In this document: positions 35,476-46,479 of the stretch, one piece after another
Layout: each line of letters begins with the position of its first letter
Position numbering within the stretch: position 1 is the stretch's first letter
Assembly (NCBI RefSeq): GCF_046119375.1
Contig: NW_027362763.1
Coordinates: 470,518,001-470,582,000 of the forward strand
Source: Phyllobates terribilis
Lineage: Eukaryota
Direction of reading: 5' to 3'
DNA: 64,000 nucleotides
Notes under the pieces: model-generated
The model's input: only the letters and a program-made list of their open reading frames with translations
Told to the model about the DNA's origin: nothing
The model's database searches: none
Translations under genes and position numbers: made by a program

Positions 35476-36346
35476 GGCTATGTGCCCAAGATGCAGAAAT
35501 TCTCAGGATTTTTTCCTGAGCGTTTCTTAATCTCACTGGCAGAAAAAAACGCATGCGGATTGTACATGCGTTTTTCCTGCCAGGACATGCGGATGTGAAG
35601 CGTTCTTCACATGCATTTCCGCATGTGGGTTGACAAGCCTTTTCCAAGCGATTTTAGCATCACTTGGAAAGTGCTTGTCAACTTGGTCACACTATATAAA
35701 TCCATGCAAACGGCATGGATTTATATAGCGTGACCGAAAGAATGGTAAAAAATAAAAAAATAAATATATACTTACGCTGTGATGGCCCCCGGTGTCTTGT
35801 TTCCCTCCGTCCTGGCTGCCGGCAGTGGCACACTGAAGGACCTGCCGACGTCAGCGTCGCGTGACCCGTCACATGACTATGACGTCAGCGCAGGTCCTTC
35901 AGTCCATTGCTAGCTGCCGGCATGAAAGGACGAGTGCAGCCGGGGCTGCCAGAAGGTAAATATAATCTTTATTTTTTATTTTATTCTTTTTTTCACAGTT
36001 TCTATGGTACCCTGGTCCGGAGGAGAGTCTTCTCTCCTCTAGACCCGGGTACCATCCGCACATTGAACGCATGCATTCCGCATGTCCTTATCTAGGGAAG
36101 CGGAATGCATGCTTTCTTATGCAAGTCAATGGCGGCGAAAACGCAGCACTTCCGCAAAATAATTGGTAGTGCTGCTTTTTTTTCCGCAATGATAATCCGC
36201 AGCAGAAATTTCCGCAGCATGTGCACAGCACATGCGGATTATCATTGGGGAACATGGCAGGCCTTCTACCATGCATTTTTTAAGCGTTTCTGCAGCGTTT
36301 TTGCCGCTGCGGAAACGCTTAAAAAACGCATCGTGGGCACACAGCC
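35476..36346. mobile_element. Non-autonomous TIR element, probably PIF/Harbinger type
   Basis: TIRs ggctatgtgcccaagatgc / gcatcgtgggcacacagcc (17 of 19 match) with 3-bp flanks TTT/TTT. Internal gcggaa/aacgca motifs. Confidence 0.6.
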
Positions 36347-36795
36347 TTTGAATCAAAAAAATCCCCAGTGGCTAATATGAAAAAAAAGTGGCAAAAAATT
36401 TATAAAATGTAAACAATAGGTCCGTAGCCTATGAATAAGCACTTATGATTACCTAAACCTACTCAGGTTAAAATACTTTGATTACACAGGTATGCGACTA
36501 AAAAGCTGTTTGATTATTTTCATATAATTTCCATGTATTTTGGTGTTTTGTTAACGAAAAAAATATTGAAAAAATCCTAAATGTCAGGACTTGCCACAAA
36601 CCTATAGGTTCTTCTGCAAACTCTGGCGTGAATCATTGGCAGGCAGCTTATTTTGTTTCCCCATTAACATCAATAGGAACTGCGTGATTGGCTGTAGGCA
36701 GTCAGGTGGTTAGTGACATAATGTAAGGTACCTATGCTTTCAAGAAACTTGCATTGGAATTTCATTAATCAACCGTGTTTCCCCAAATTAGCGTT

Positions 36796-37666
36796 ATGGC
36801 TTTGCAAAGTGCATTAATTCGCCTAACCATTTCGGTTTCATTTGTGGTGAATATTACAGTGTTGAATCAACAGCTGAATATTACAGACTTTGTGAAAAAA
36901 GTATACTTTGCATACTTCGGAATAAAACTTGGAGATCAAGATAAAGTTTGGGCGCCTCATAAAGTGTGCAAACGGTGTGATGAGGACCTCCGAAATTGGT
37001 TCAAGGGGAAGAAAAAAACTTTTTGTTATGGGATTCCTGTGGTATGGCGAGAGCAATAGAACCATAGTTACTTTTGTTCATGCAGTGTGAAAGGGTATAA
37101 TTCCAAATGGAAGCATTCCATTTCATACCAGTACACAAGGCTCCTGCTACCTTGGAAGAGATACCTAGCTCCAATGAAGGTGGAATGATACCTGAACCAG
37201 ATGACGAATCAAGTTCTGACTTTAAAAATGATACAAGACAAAAATATTTTGAAGGATTGAAGGATTTAGTAAGAGACTTGAATCTTCCCAAAGATGCCGC
37301 TGAGTTACTCGGATCAGGACTCAAAAGCAGGAATTTATTGTTACCAGGAGTGTCTTTTTCATGGTTCAGACATTGTGAAAAGGAGTTCATTCCTTACTTT
37401 GCCCAGAAAGAAAAGTTGGTTTATTGCATCAATGTTGAAGGTTTGATGGGTTAATTCAAAATCCAATATGATTCAGCGCAATGGCGTCTTTTTATAGATT
37501 CTTCAAAAAGAAGTCTCAAAGCAGTTTTACTTCACAACGGCGGTTTTAGGCTTCCATCCCTGTAGGTCATTCCATACACTTGAAGGAAACCTACAAGAGC
37601 TTGAAATTGGTTCTTCATAAATTTAAATATGAAGACCATGGTTGGCAAGTGTGTGGGGATTTCAAG
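36796..37666 (+). pseudogene. Cys-rich DDE-like transposase remnant, superfamily uncertain; truncated by LTR F1
   Basis: FAYFGIKLGDQDKVWAPHKVCKRC...WREQ; LKDLVRDLNLPKDAAELLGSGLK; WRLFIDSSKRSLKAVLLHNG; WQVCGDFK. Frameshifted. Confidence 0.65.
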
Positions 37667-38685
37667 TGGGACCATGGGGTACTCGCCACCGGTTGGTCGG
37701 TTCCTTGGGATAGTCACGGGGGTGTGACCCGGTCCGGGGCCCTGGGCGGTCAATAAAAAGGACAGTTTATTTAAAGGAAAAGTTTTGTGACGCCACCAGT
37801 GGTATGCGGCTATAGGTGGCCGCCGCTGCTGAAAGAGACCACTGGGGCCGTTGGTGACGCAGCTGGGATGGATTTGCTCCCCACGGGTAGAGCGGGGCCC
37901 CAGGGCTACCGGTACTGTTTACATAGGGGATTGTGGATGTTGGGGTGCAGGACTGAGGGTGCAGATAATGACCAGATGACACAGGAATGGTAGTTTCCTC
38001 TACCTTTATGCGATGTTTGATGGTGCTGGGGCACTGGTAACAGAAGGTAATGGAGATCCAGCAGCCTAGAAGCAATTTGGGATCCACTTCGCCAGGTGGA
38101 GTTGTAGGCCTTCCTTCTGCGCTGTCCTCTTTGGCCTTCCTGCCTAAACCTATGCTGCTCTTTCCTGAGTGATCGTTGAATCCTAGCTCGTATGGCAGGC
38201 AGCTCGAGCCTTTTACAGGTGTCGCTTCTTCGTGGCGGCTCCGGGCTCTAGTATGCTGCTGAGCCACCGGGTGTTTGGTGGGGCCAGAAGACCTGCAGTC
38301 ACCTGCCCTCCGGATTTAGCTGCTGGGACTTCAGTACCCGAGCAACTACGGACTCCAGTGCTCGGTTTCTGGCGCTTTTCTCTGGGGCGAGCTTGGTCAC
38401 AGCTCCCCTCCCCAGGTTCTCCCTCGTCTTTTACTCACTCTCCTCCGTCCCCAACTGACTCTCCTCCGTCTTCAACTGACTCTCCTAACCGCCGCCTCCG
38501 GGCCCCAATTTAAAGGGGAAGCTCCCCTGAAACCGGGTTAGAGCTCCCCCTTCTGGACTGGAGCCAGGAAAAGTGTTGGAGGCTGGTGTTACCTGATAAG
38601 TGGACCTCTCCTTGCTTCCAGGCATGGCATCACCCCCTGTGAGGAAGGCAATGCCAATGTGGCAACCGGACTCCTGGGGTGCCAC
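37667..38685 (-). repeat. Gypsy F1 3' LTR (~1019 bp)
   Basis: The minus strand starts TGTGGCACCCCAGGAG at 38685 and is the reverse complement of the F2 LTR at 62038-62580. The left boundary is inferred from the transposase break and a TG at 37667. Confidence 0.8.
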
Positions 38686-39959
38686 ATACATCCCTAGTTA
38701 AATTCAGTACTCCCGGACTGAGGACACCTTTAGAGTTAAACAATTAACAACAATAACGATTTATATTATCAAAAATTTACAAAGTCTCAAAAAGGCAAAA
38801 ACCAAACAAAAAATGGGAACAATCATTGCGGCGCTTATTCTTTATGCCGCTATCCGGGAATTAGCTTTTTCCGGGTACCTGAAGGTTGGTTAATGGGAAC
38901 CGCTTTAACCCACTTTGTGCATCGTTCCCAGGCGTGGCTTCAGGGCACTCTGTCGGTGGGCCTGGTTTTCGGCCACGCCTGCGGTTTATTTTCAAGACTA
39001 ACAATTAACTTTACTCAATATTTTTCTGACCACATCTAGTCCTGTGGTCCATTTGTCCATAAATAAAATAACCATATGCACCCACGATTGCTTAAAACTT
39101 CTCACAGGAAGTCTCTGTAGGCTCTCATGCTTAACAGTTGCAATTATATACTATACACTATTATCTTATTATTAGTGTTGAGCGAGCACTAAAATGCTCG
39201 GGTGCTCGAAGCTCGGGCTGAGCTCACCGTGATACTCGAGTGCTCGACCCGAGCAACGAGCCCAATGTTAGTCTATGGGAGACCTGAGCATTTTTGCGGC
39301 GGCACCCCCGGCAGTCTGTAGAAAGTCTAAAAAGTGCCCAAAACGATAGTGATAGTGCTCAAATGACATGGGGACAGCATGGGGATCGCCCCAGGAAGCA
39401 TTTCTGACCCCCAGGTCACTGCTGTCAACAACGTGGTCAGAGATATTAAGCCACTTTTACGGGCTCACAATAAAACGTTCAATAACGAAACTGAAACGGT
39501 TTTCTTGTGAAATATGTTAAGGAACATCCTTTCCAGGGTAAAGACTTGTGTATAAGATAAAATAAATAACCAAAAACAAAAATACTCCTCCACACCTTGG
39601 GCTATGTTCACAAATAGCATTTTTTATGCGTTTTTGCACTTTTGTATTACTTTCAACCTTGACAAATGCATTCACCGGGAAATGTCATTTTAACATTTTA
39701 CAAACTTATCTGGCCATGTGCTGCGTGACACATGCATACAGTGCTGAAAAGACATGGAAACAGCATGGGGAAGACCCCTGGAAGCACCTCTGACACCCAG
39801 ATCACTGCCTAAAAGTGTGCCCATCAGAAGTGATCCTTGCCGCATCAGAAGATGCAGACTAGCAACTATCCCCATGCAAGTCCTTGTCCCAGGGCAGTGT
39901 TCAATTGTACCTCCCCCATTCCTTGCTATGCAAGCGCAAATATGCAGCCAACCACCCAC

Positions 39960-40960
39960 CCACCCACCCGCAGGCTGCAATACTATACTGCTAGCTTGCA
40001 CTTGAAATTGGGCCTTTTAGTTTGGAGGAGGCCGAAGCTGGCCACTACCTCATGGCTGCTTCGGCAGCGAGGTCTCCATAATCAGTCCCCAGCCGCCACT
40101 ATTTGTCCCGGTAACCTTCCCCACACTTTTCTTAGCCTGGCCTGCTTTAGGGCAGCATTGGCCGAGCCCACCAGACAACCAGACTCCTCCGGTGGGCCCT
40201 GGCTTCTCCATCAGGGGAGTTGAGAGTACCAAGGTGAGGAGCATGATGATGATGATAGAAGTTAGCATCTGCTTTGTTTTCTTGGAATGCAAGCGTAAGT
40301 GTGCAGCCTGCCACCCACCCACCCGCCCCCAGGCTGCAATACCATACTGATAGCTTGCTTGCACTTGAAATGAGGCCTTTTAGGCTTGTGGAGACAGACG
40401 CCGGCCACCATGTCATGGCTGCGTCCACACTCGGTCCCCAGCCACCAGGGGGCGGCCGGGTGTCCATACTCGGTCCCCAGCCGCCCCTATTTGTCCCGGT
40501 GCGCCTTATACACAAGCGCGCATACCAAAACATTACCTGTGCCCTCCCCAGTGCATTTAGTGGGAAGGACAGCCTAACCACAAACACGTGGACAAATGAA
40601 TGTGGCCAGGGATGGTCCATCTCACTGACGCCTTCATACTGGGTTAATATTGTGGAAGCCGGGACACAGTTGGACACTTGGATGCAACACGTCCTCCAGA
40701 CATAGAGGATTGCGGGTCCTGGGTCAATCAGGCTTCAACACAAAGTTCAGAAGGTAGACAGCAGCAGTGGTCGGCCTCCTACACAACGAGTAAATTATTC
40801 ATGATCATGAGGCCATCCATCTCCTTAGCTTTCTGTTCCTTGGAATGCAAGCGCATGTATGTAGTAGCGGCAAGGCTTGAGGTGGTCAGCGTTTTGGCGC
40901 ATATCCTACCTCCTCCGAGGATTGCTGGATGTTTTCCTGCTACTATCCCAGTTCTATGAC
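39960..40960 (+). pseudogene. Degenerate, partly duplicated hAT transposase fragment antisense to the main transposase
   Basis: LLALEMRPFRLVETD, YSVPSRPYLSRCA, LTTNTWTNECGQGWSISL..YWVNIVEAG and HILPPPRIAG match MLPFRLVETES, YSVPSRHYFARCA, LTTDTWTRACGQGRYISL..HWVNIVEA and HILPTPRIAG of ORF 53130-54083. Confidence 0.85.
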
Positions 40961-41429
40961 TCCCGTTAAAACAAAGCTTCAGATGATGAATGATGGATGA
41001 GGTGGTGGCAGGAGGAACAGAGACCATTCACATCAATATCAGGCCAGTCAACCACACATGTATTGTTGGATATGTTTCTGTACAAAAACAAGCGGTTCGG
41101 CTACACAGTTATAGGGCATACAGTGAGTGCAATGCCTACCAAAAATTTAGAGGCACTCCAATGCCCCTTGGAAGTGACATGGAGGTCAGAGTGCTTTAAA
41201 TTAACCATTTTTTCCATTTATAGCAACTGGGTCTCCTGTACACTGTTGGCCTAAGCAGTGAATGGAAGGCTTTCCAAAAATTATGAGGAACTGCAATGCC
41301 CCTTGAAACAGACGTGGATTACAGCGTACTAAAAACCTTCTACCCATTATTGGGGAGTGGGTCTCCCTTAGTGTTCGCCTATGCATTGAAAAGCAAAAGC
41401 TGACTAAAATTAGGAGGAAATGCATTGCC

Positions 41430-42367
41430 CGTTGGAAGAGTCGTGGAGGTTAGAGGTAATTAAAAACAACATTTCAATGCCCCTTGGAAAAGCTGTGGAG
41501 TTCAGAGTGGTTTAACAAGATGGTTTTAATGCCCCTGGGAAGAGACGTGGAGGTCATAGTAGCTTAACAAGATGGTTTTAATGCCCCTTGGAGGAGACGT
41601 GGAGGTCACAGTAGCTTAACAAGACAGTTTTAATGCCCCTTGGAAGAGACGTGGAGTTCAGAGTGGTTTAACAAGATGATTTTAATGCCTCTTGGAAGAG
41701 ACGTGGAGGTCACAGTAGCTTAACAAGACGGTTTTAATGCCCCTTGGAAGAGACGTGGAGTTCAGAGTGGTTTTACAAGACGGTTTTTAATGCATGTTGG
41801 AAGAAACGTGGAGATCCCAGTGGAATAAAAAGACAATATCAATGCCCCTTGGAAGAGTGGTGGAGGTCCCAGTGGAATAAAAAGACAATATCAATGCCCC
41901 TTGGAAGGAAGAGTGGTGGAGGTCGCAGTGAAATAAAAAGACAATATCAATGACCCTTGGAAGAGACGTGAAGGTCACAGTAGCTTAACAAGACGATTTT
42001 AATGCACCTTGGAAGAGACGTGGAGTTCAGAGTGGTTTAACAAAATGGTTTTAATGCCCCTTGGAAGAAAATGTGGAGGTCACAGTAGCATAACAAGACA
42101 GTTTTAATGCCCCTTGGAAGAGACGTGGAGTTCAGAGTGGTTTAACAAGACGGTTTTAATGCCCCTTGGAGGAGACGTGGAGGTCACAGTAGCTTAACAA
42201 GACGGTTTTATTGCCCCTTGGAAGAGATGTGGAGGTCACAGTGGAATAAAAAAACAATATCAATGCCCCTTGGAAGAGACATGGAGGTCCCAGTGGAATA
42301 AAAAGACAATATCAATGACGCTTGGAAGAGACGTGGAGGTCACAGTAGCTTAACAAGATGATTTTAA
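41430..42367. repeat. 52-bp tandem array (~18 units, three interleaved variants) inside the hAT
   Basis: Constant AATGCCCCTTGGAAGAGACGTGGAG plus a variant tail. Period 52 (41581 to 41633). Confidence 0.92.
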
Positions 42368-43963
42368 TGCCCCTTACAAGAGCCATGCAGTACAGCATAT
42401 TAAAAACATTATTCCCATTATTGGAGAGTGGGTCTCCCATAGTCTTTGCCTATGCCTTCCAAGCAAAAACTGCCAAAAATTAGGACGGAGGAACTTGCAA
42501 TGCCCCTTACAAGAGCCATGCAGTACAGCATATTAAAAACATTATTCCCATTATTGGGAAGTGGGTCTCCCATAGTCTTTGCCTATGCCTTCCAAGCAAA
42601 AGCTGCCAAAAATTAGGACAGAGGAACTTGCAATGCCCCTTACAAGAGCCATTCAGTACAGCATATTAAAAACATTATTCCCATTATTGGGGAGTGGGTC
42701 TCCCATAGTCTTTGCCTATGCCTTCCAAGCAAAAGCTGCCAAAAATTAGGACGGAGGATCTTGCAATGCCCCTTACAAGAGCCATGCAGTACAGCATATT
42801 AAAAACATTATTCCCATTATTGGGGAGTGAGTCTCCCATAGTCTTTGCCTATGCCTTCCAAGCAAAAGCTGCCAAAAATTAGGACGGAGGAACTTGCAAT
42901 GCCCCTTACAAGAGCCTAGCAGTACAGCATATTAAAAACATTATTTCCATTATTGGGGAGTGGGTCTCCCATAGTCTTTGCCTATGCCTTCCAAGCAAAA
43001 GCTGCCAAAAATTAGGACGGAGGAACTTGCAATGCCCCTTACAAGAGCCTAGCAGTACAGCATATTAAAAACATTATTTCCATTATTGGGGAGTGGGTCT
43101 CCCATAGTCTTTGCCTATGCCTTCCAAGCAAAAGCTGCCAAAAATTAGGACAGAGGAACTTGCAATGCCCCTTACAAGAGCCATGCAGTACAGCATATTA
43201 AAAACATTATTCCCATTATTGGGGAGTGGGTCTCCCATAGTCTTTGCCTATGCCTTCCAAGCAAAAACTGCCAAAAATTAGGACGGAGGAACTTGCAATG
43301 CCCCTTACAAGAGCCATGCAGTACAGCATATTAAAAACATTATTGCCATTATTGGGGAGTGGGTCTCCCATAGTCTTTGCCTATGCCTTCCAAGCAAAAG
43401 CTGCCAAAAATTAGGACGGAGGATCTTGCAATGCCCCTTACAAGAGCCATGCAGTACAGCATATTAAAAACATTATTCCCATTATTGGGGCGTGAGTCTC
43501 CCATAGTCTTTGCCTATGCCTTCCAAGCAAAAGCTGCCAAAAATTAGGACGGAGGAACTTGCAATGCCCCTTACAAGAGCCAAGCAGTACAGCATATTAA
43601 AAACATTATTCCCATTATTGGGGAGTGGGTCTCCCATAGTCTTTGCCTATGCCTTCCAAGCAAAAGCTGCCAAAAATTAGGACAGAGGAACTTGCAATGC
43701 CCCTTACAAGAGCCATGCAGTACAGCATATTAAAAACATTATTCCCATTATTGGGGAGTGGGTCTCATATAGTCTTTGCCTATGCCTTCCAAGCAAAAGC
43801 TGCAAAAAATTAGGACGGAGGAACTTGCAATGCCCCTTACAAGAGCCATGCAGTACAGCATATTAAAAACATTATTCCCATTATTGGGGAGTGGGTCTCC
43901 CATAGTCTTTGCCTATGCCTTCCAAGCAAAAGCTGCCAAATATTAGGACGGAGGAACTTGCAA
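42368..43963. repeat. 12 x 133-bp highly homogeneous tandem array inside the hAT
   Basis: TGCCCCTTAC recurs at 42368, 42501, 42634, 42767, 42900, 43033 ... 43831, an exact 133-bp period. A diverged single copy lies at ~41270-41430. Confidence 0.96.
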
Positions 43964-44196
43964 TGCTGGCAACATGGACCACGGTCACCCTGGTGGTATA
44001 GTGGTGGTGGAGGCTGAGGATAAGAAGAAGAGCAAAAAACAGCTGAAATGAGGAAGCGTATATGTGGCACCCCAGGGGTCTGGTTTTCCACAGTAATGTA
44101 ATGTTATGTCTGAGAGCAGGTGGGAGGTCCTTTGGTCAGGGATCCTGTGCATGCCACACCTCCTGCCCAGTCTTGGGAGGGGAAGAACTTCCCCTG

Positions 44197-44227
44197 TATA
44201 AACCCGGGGCTGAGGCAGGGTGAGTCA
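44197..44227 (+). promoter_or_regulatory. Candidate TATA box (44197-44202) and AP-1-like TGAGTCA (44221-44227) in the Gypsy D 5' LTR
   Basis: Motif matches only; the transcription start was not determined. Confidence 0.4.
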
Positions 44228-45038
44228 GACAAGTGGAGTAGAGACAAGAAGCAGCATAGGAAACAGCAGAGTTACAAGGAGTCAGGGGCTGGCAGCTGCA
44301 GAGCTCGCCCTGACTAAGAAGACTTCTTTCCGGACCCGGAGTCCGAGGCTGTGGGGACTAACTCCTACCCAGCAGCAGAATCCGTCAGGCAGGGGATTTC
44401 AGGTCCTCTGGCCCAGAAGCCCGAAGGCACGGTCACACGCGTGGGACCAGCACCGCCATCGTGGAGCGGAAGCCATTAGAAGGCCCCGAGTCACCGGCTA
44501 TACGGGTGAGCACCACACGGTACACTCAGGGACGTGGGCTACTTACATCAGCTTCTAGCAAGGTAGCCAGAAGAGTACAGTCAGTTTGGGAGACCTACAA
44601 CTACGCCTGGCCAGGGGAGATCCCATCTGCTCAAGGACTGACCAGGCCCCGTTCGCTAGCAAGTACTCCGGGAGGGTCTATCGTTGTTACCAGTAAAGAC
44701 CCTGAACTACACCGTACCGTCTCTGAGTGGTTCCTGCTACCCCCATCATCCACGTCGGCTGCCCTGAGACCATACCCCTCCCGTTGGGGGTTATACTATC
44801 ACGCTGCATAATCCTACCATCGGCCTCAGCGGTCTGCCCCGCAGCAGCAGCTCCCTGGCTGCACTCAACGGGTGGCGTAGTCATCAACTATTTACTACTA
44901 GTAGACTGCCGTCCAGTTTGACTCCCTGGGCACGGACCGGGTCACCGCCACGAGACTACAACCCTCCACGGATCCGGCTCCGGGTAAGCTCCCGCGTGCG
45001 CACCGCAGCGCGACACAGGCCCAGGGGCGCGTCAACTT

Positions 45039-45056
45039 TGGCGTAGTCGGCAGGAT
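45039..45056 (+). promoter_or_regulatory. Primer-binding site of Gypsy D (tRNA-Ser, 18 nt)
   Basis: TGGCGTAGTCGGCAGGAT is the complement of the vertebrate tRNA-Ser(AGA) 3' end ATCCTGCCGACTACGCCA, 4 nt after the LTR. Confidence 0.92.
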
Positions 45057-45498
45057 TGCGTGCCCGCAACCACCGGGTACTGCGTGCCTGAAAAGCAAAG
45101 ACTGTTCAAACTTACCAGTGGTGAAGATTCCCGCTATCCGTGGAGGTTTCCCGCCATCTGGCGCCATCTTCTACCTTCTTCCCGCCATCCGCGAAGTTTT
45201 CCCGCCATCCGGCGCCATCTTCGACCTTCTTCCCGCCATCCGTGGAGTTTTCCCGCCATTGGACGCCATCTTGAGGACGCCGCGCGGGAAGAAGAGGGGC
45301 GTGGACTCCGAAAGCGCGCGAGAACTGAAGCCCCGCCTCACGTCCGGACGTTGCGTAAGGTCCTGGAAGGAGCCCAGCAGACGCCGACGTCACAGGAGCG
45401 CGACGGAAGGTCCTCAACCCTGACGATCCACTGCGGAGCCGCGGCCTACGGAAGAGGATCATCGCAAGGTAGGCCACGGTCCACTAGGGGGGAGGAAG

Positions 45499-46479
45499 AT
45501 GTCGGATACGGAGGAGAGCTTCACTGCCTCAACCCCCGCCAGCGCTACCGCTGCTGCAGTTATGCCCTTCACCATGCCCTATATCCCGGGAGCAGCTTGG
45601 CTACCCCAGTACTCAGGGGAGTCACATACCCTGCATGACTTTAGAGAAAAGCTGGATAGCCTCTTCCAGGTGTACCCCCTCACAGAAGAGCATAAAGTGA
45701 GCATCCTGGTGGCCCAACTAACAGGGGCAGCCAAAAGGGAAGTAAAATCCTGGCCACCTGGGAGGAAGACTGTCGCAGGGATACTAACCCGGCTGAAGGA
45801 CACCTTTGATACCCGCACCTCAGCCGAGATTAAGCTTAGATTCTACGGGTGCAAGCAGCGGGCGCATGAGAGTATAAGGGACTATGCACTAAACCTACAA
45901 GAGGCCCTGAGGGCCATAAAGCAGACCGACCCTGATGGGGTGGGAAACGAGGACAGGCTGTTGACTGAACAATTTATAGAGGGTTTATATTGCAATGCCC
46001 ACCGAACCCAGTTGCGGGCAATGGCCTTACAGGATCCCCATCTGGACTTTGCACAGTTCAAGGACAGAGCCATCCGGGTGCTCCGAGAACCGGCACCAGG
46101 TGGCGTTGTGACCCACAGACGCCCCACTACCACTTACTACCAGGAGGCGGCGCCCTTGTCAGCAGGGCCTGTGGGAGCTGATGCGCAGGCTTTGGACAAT
46201 GACCCGGCTCCAGACCTACATCATCAGGTCCAAGAGCTAGCTAAGAGCGTTGCTGCGCTAACCCGAACTGTGCAGTCTTTACAGGTTTCCACCCCAGGGA
46301 AGATCCAGCTGGCATCCGGACCGGAGGACATCCCGTGGCGTCGACCAAGGAGGACCCCACCGGCCAGAGGAAGACCCAGTGACCGATACAGTGAGGACGG
46401 ACGACCCATCTGCCGCCGCTGCAATCAACCCGGACATATGGCAAGGTACTGTTCTTTAAACGGGCACAACCTGGGGTAG
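45499..46479 (+). CDS. gag: Gag of Gypsy D (PNMA-like capsid, CCHC knuckle), 326 aa
   Basis: Open ORF with WLPQYSGESHTLHDFREKL, LLTEQFIEGL and CRRCNQPGHMARYC. Confidence 0.93.
   Translation: MSDTEESFTASTPASATAAAVMPFTMPYIPGAAWLPQYSGESHTLHDFREKLDSLFQVYPLTEEHKVSILVAQLTGAAKREVKSWPPGRKTVAGILTRLKDTFDTRTSAEIKLRFYGCKQRAHESIRDYALNLQEALRAIKQTDPDGVGNEDRLLTEQFIEGLYCNAHRTQLRAMALQDPHLDFAQFKDRAIRVLREPAPGGVVTHRRPTTTYYQEAAPLSAGPVGADAQALDNDPAPDLHHQVQELAKSVAALTRTVQSLQVSTPGKIQLASGPEDIPWRRPRRTPPARGRPSDRYSEDGRPICRRCNQPGHMARYCSLNGHNLG

Noticed and set aside
41430-43963. CRISPR-like repeat/spacer appearance
   Set aside because: The 'spacers' recur as a few variants or are identical, there are no cas genes, and the context is a eukaryotic hAT.
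45039-45056. tRNA-Ser gene
   Set aside because: Only an 18-nt antisense match including CCA, next to an LTR; this is a PBS.
45499-46479. Domesticated PNMA/PEG10/RTL1-type host gene
   Set aside because: Gag-like ORFs of A-D all lie between paired LTRs (with TSDs for C and D), so they are transposon genes.
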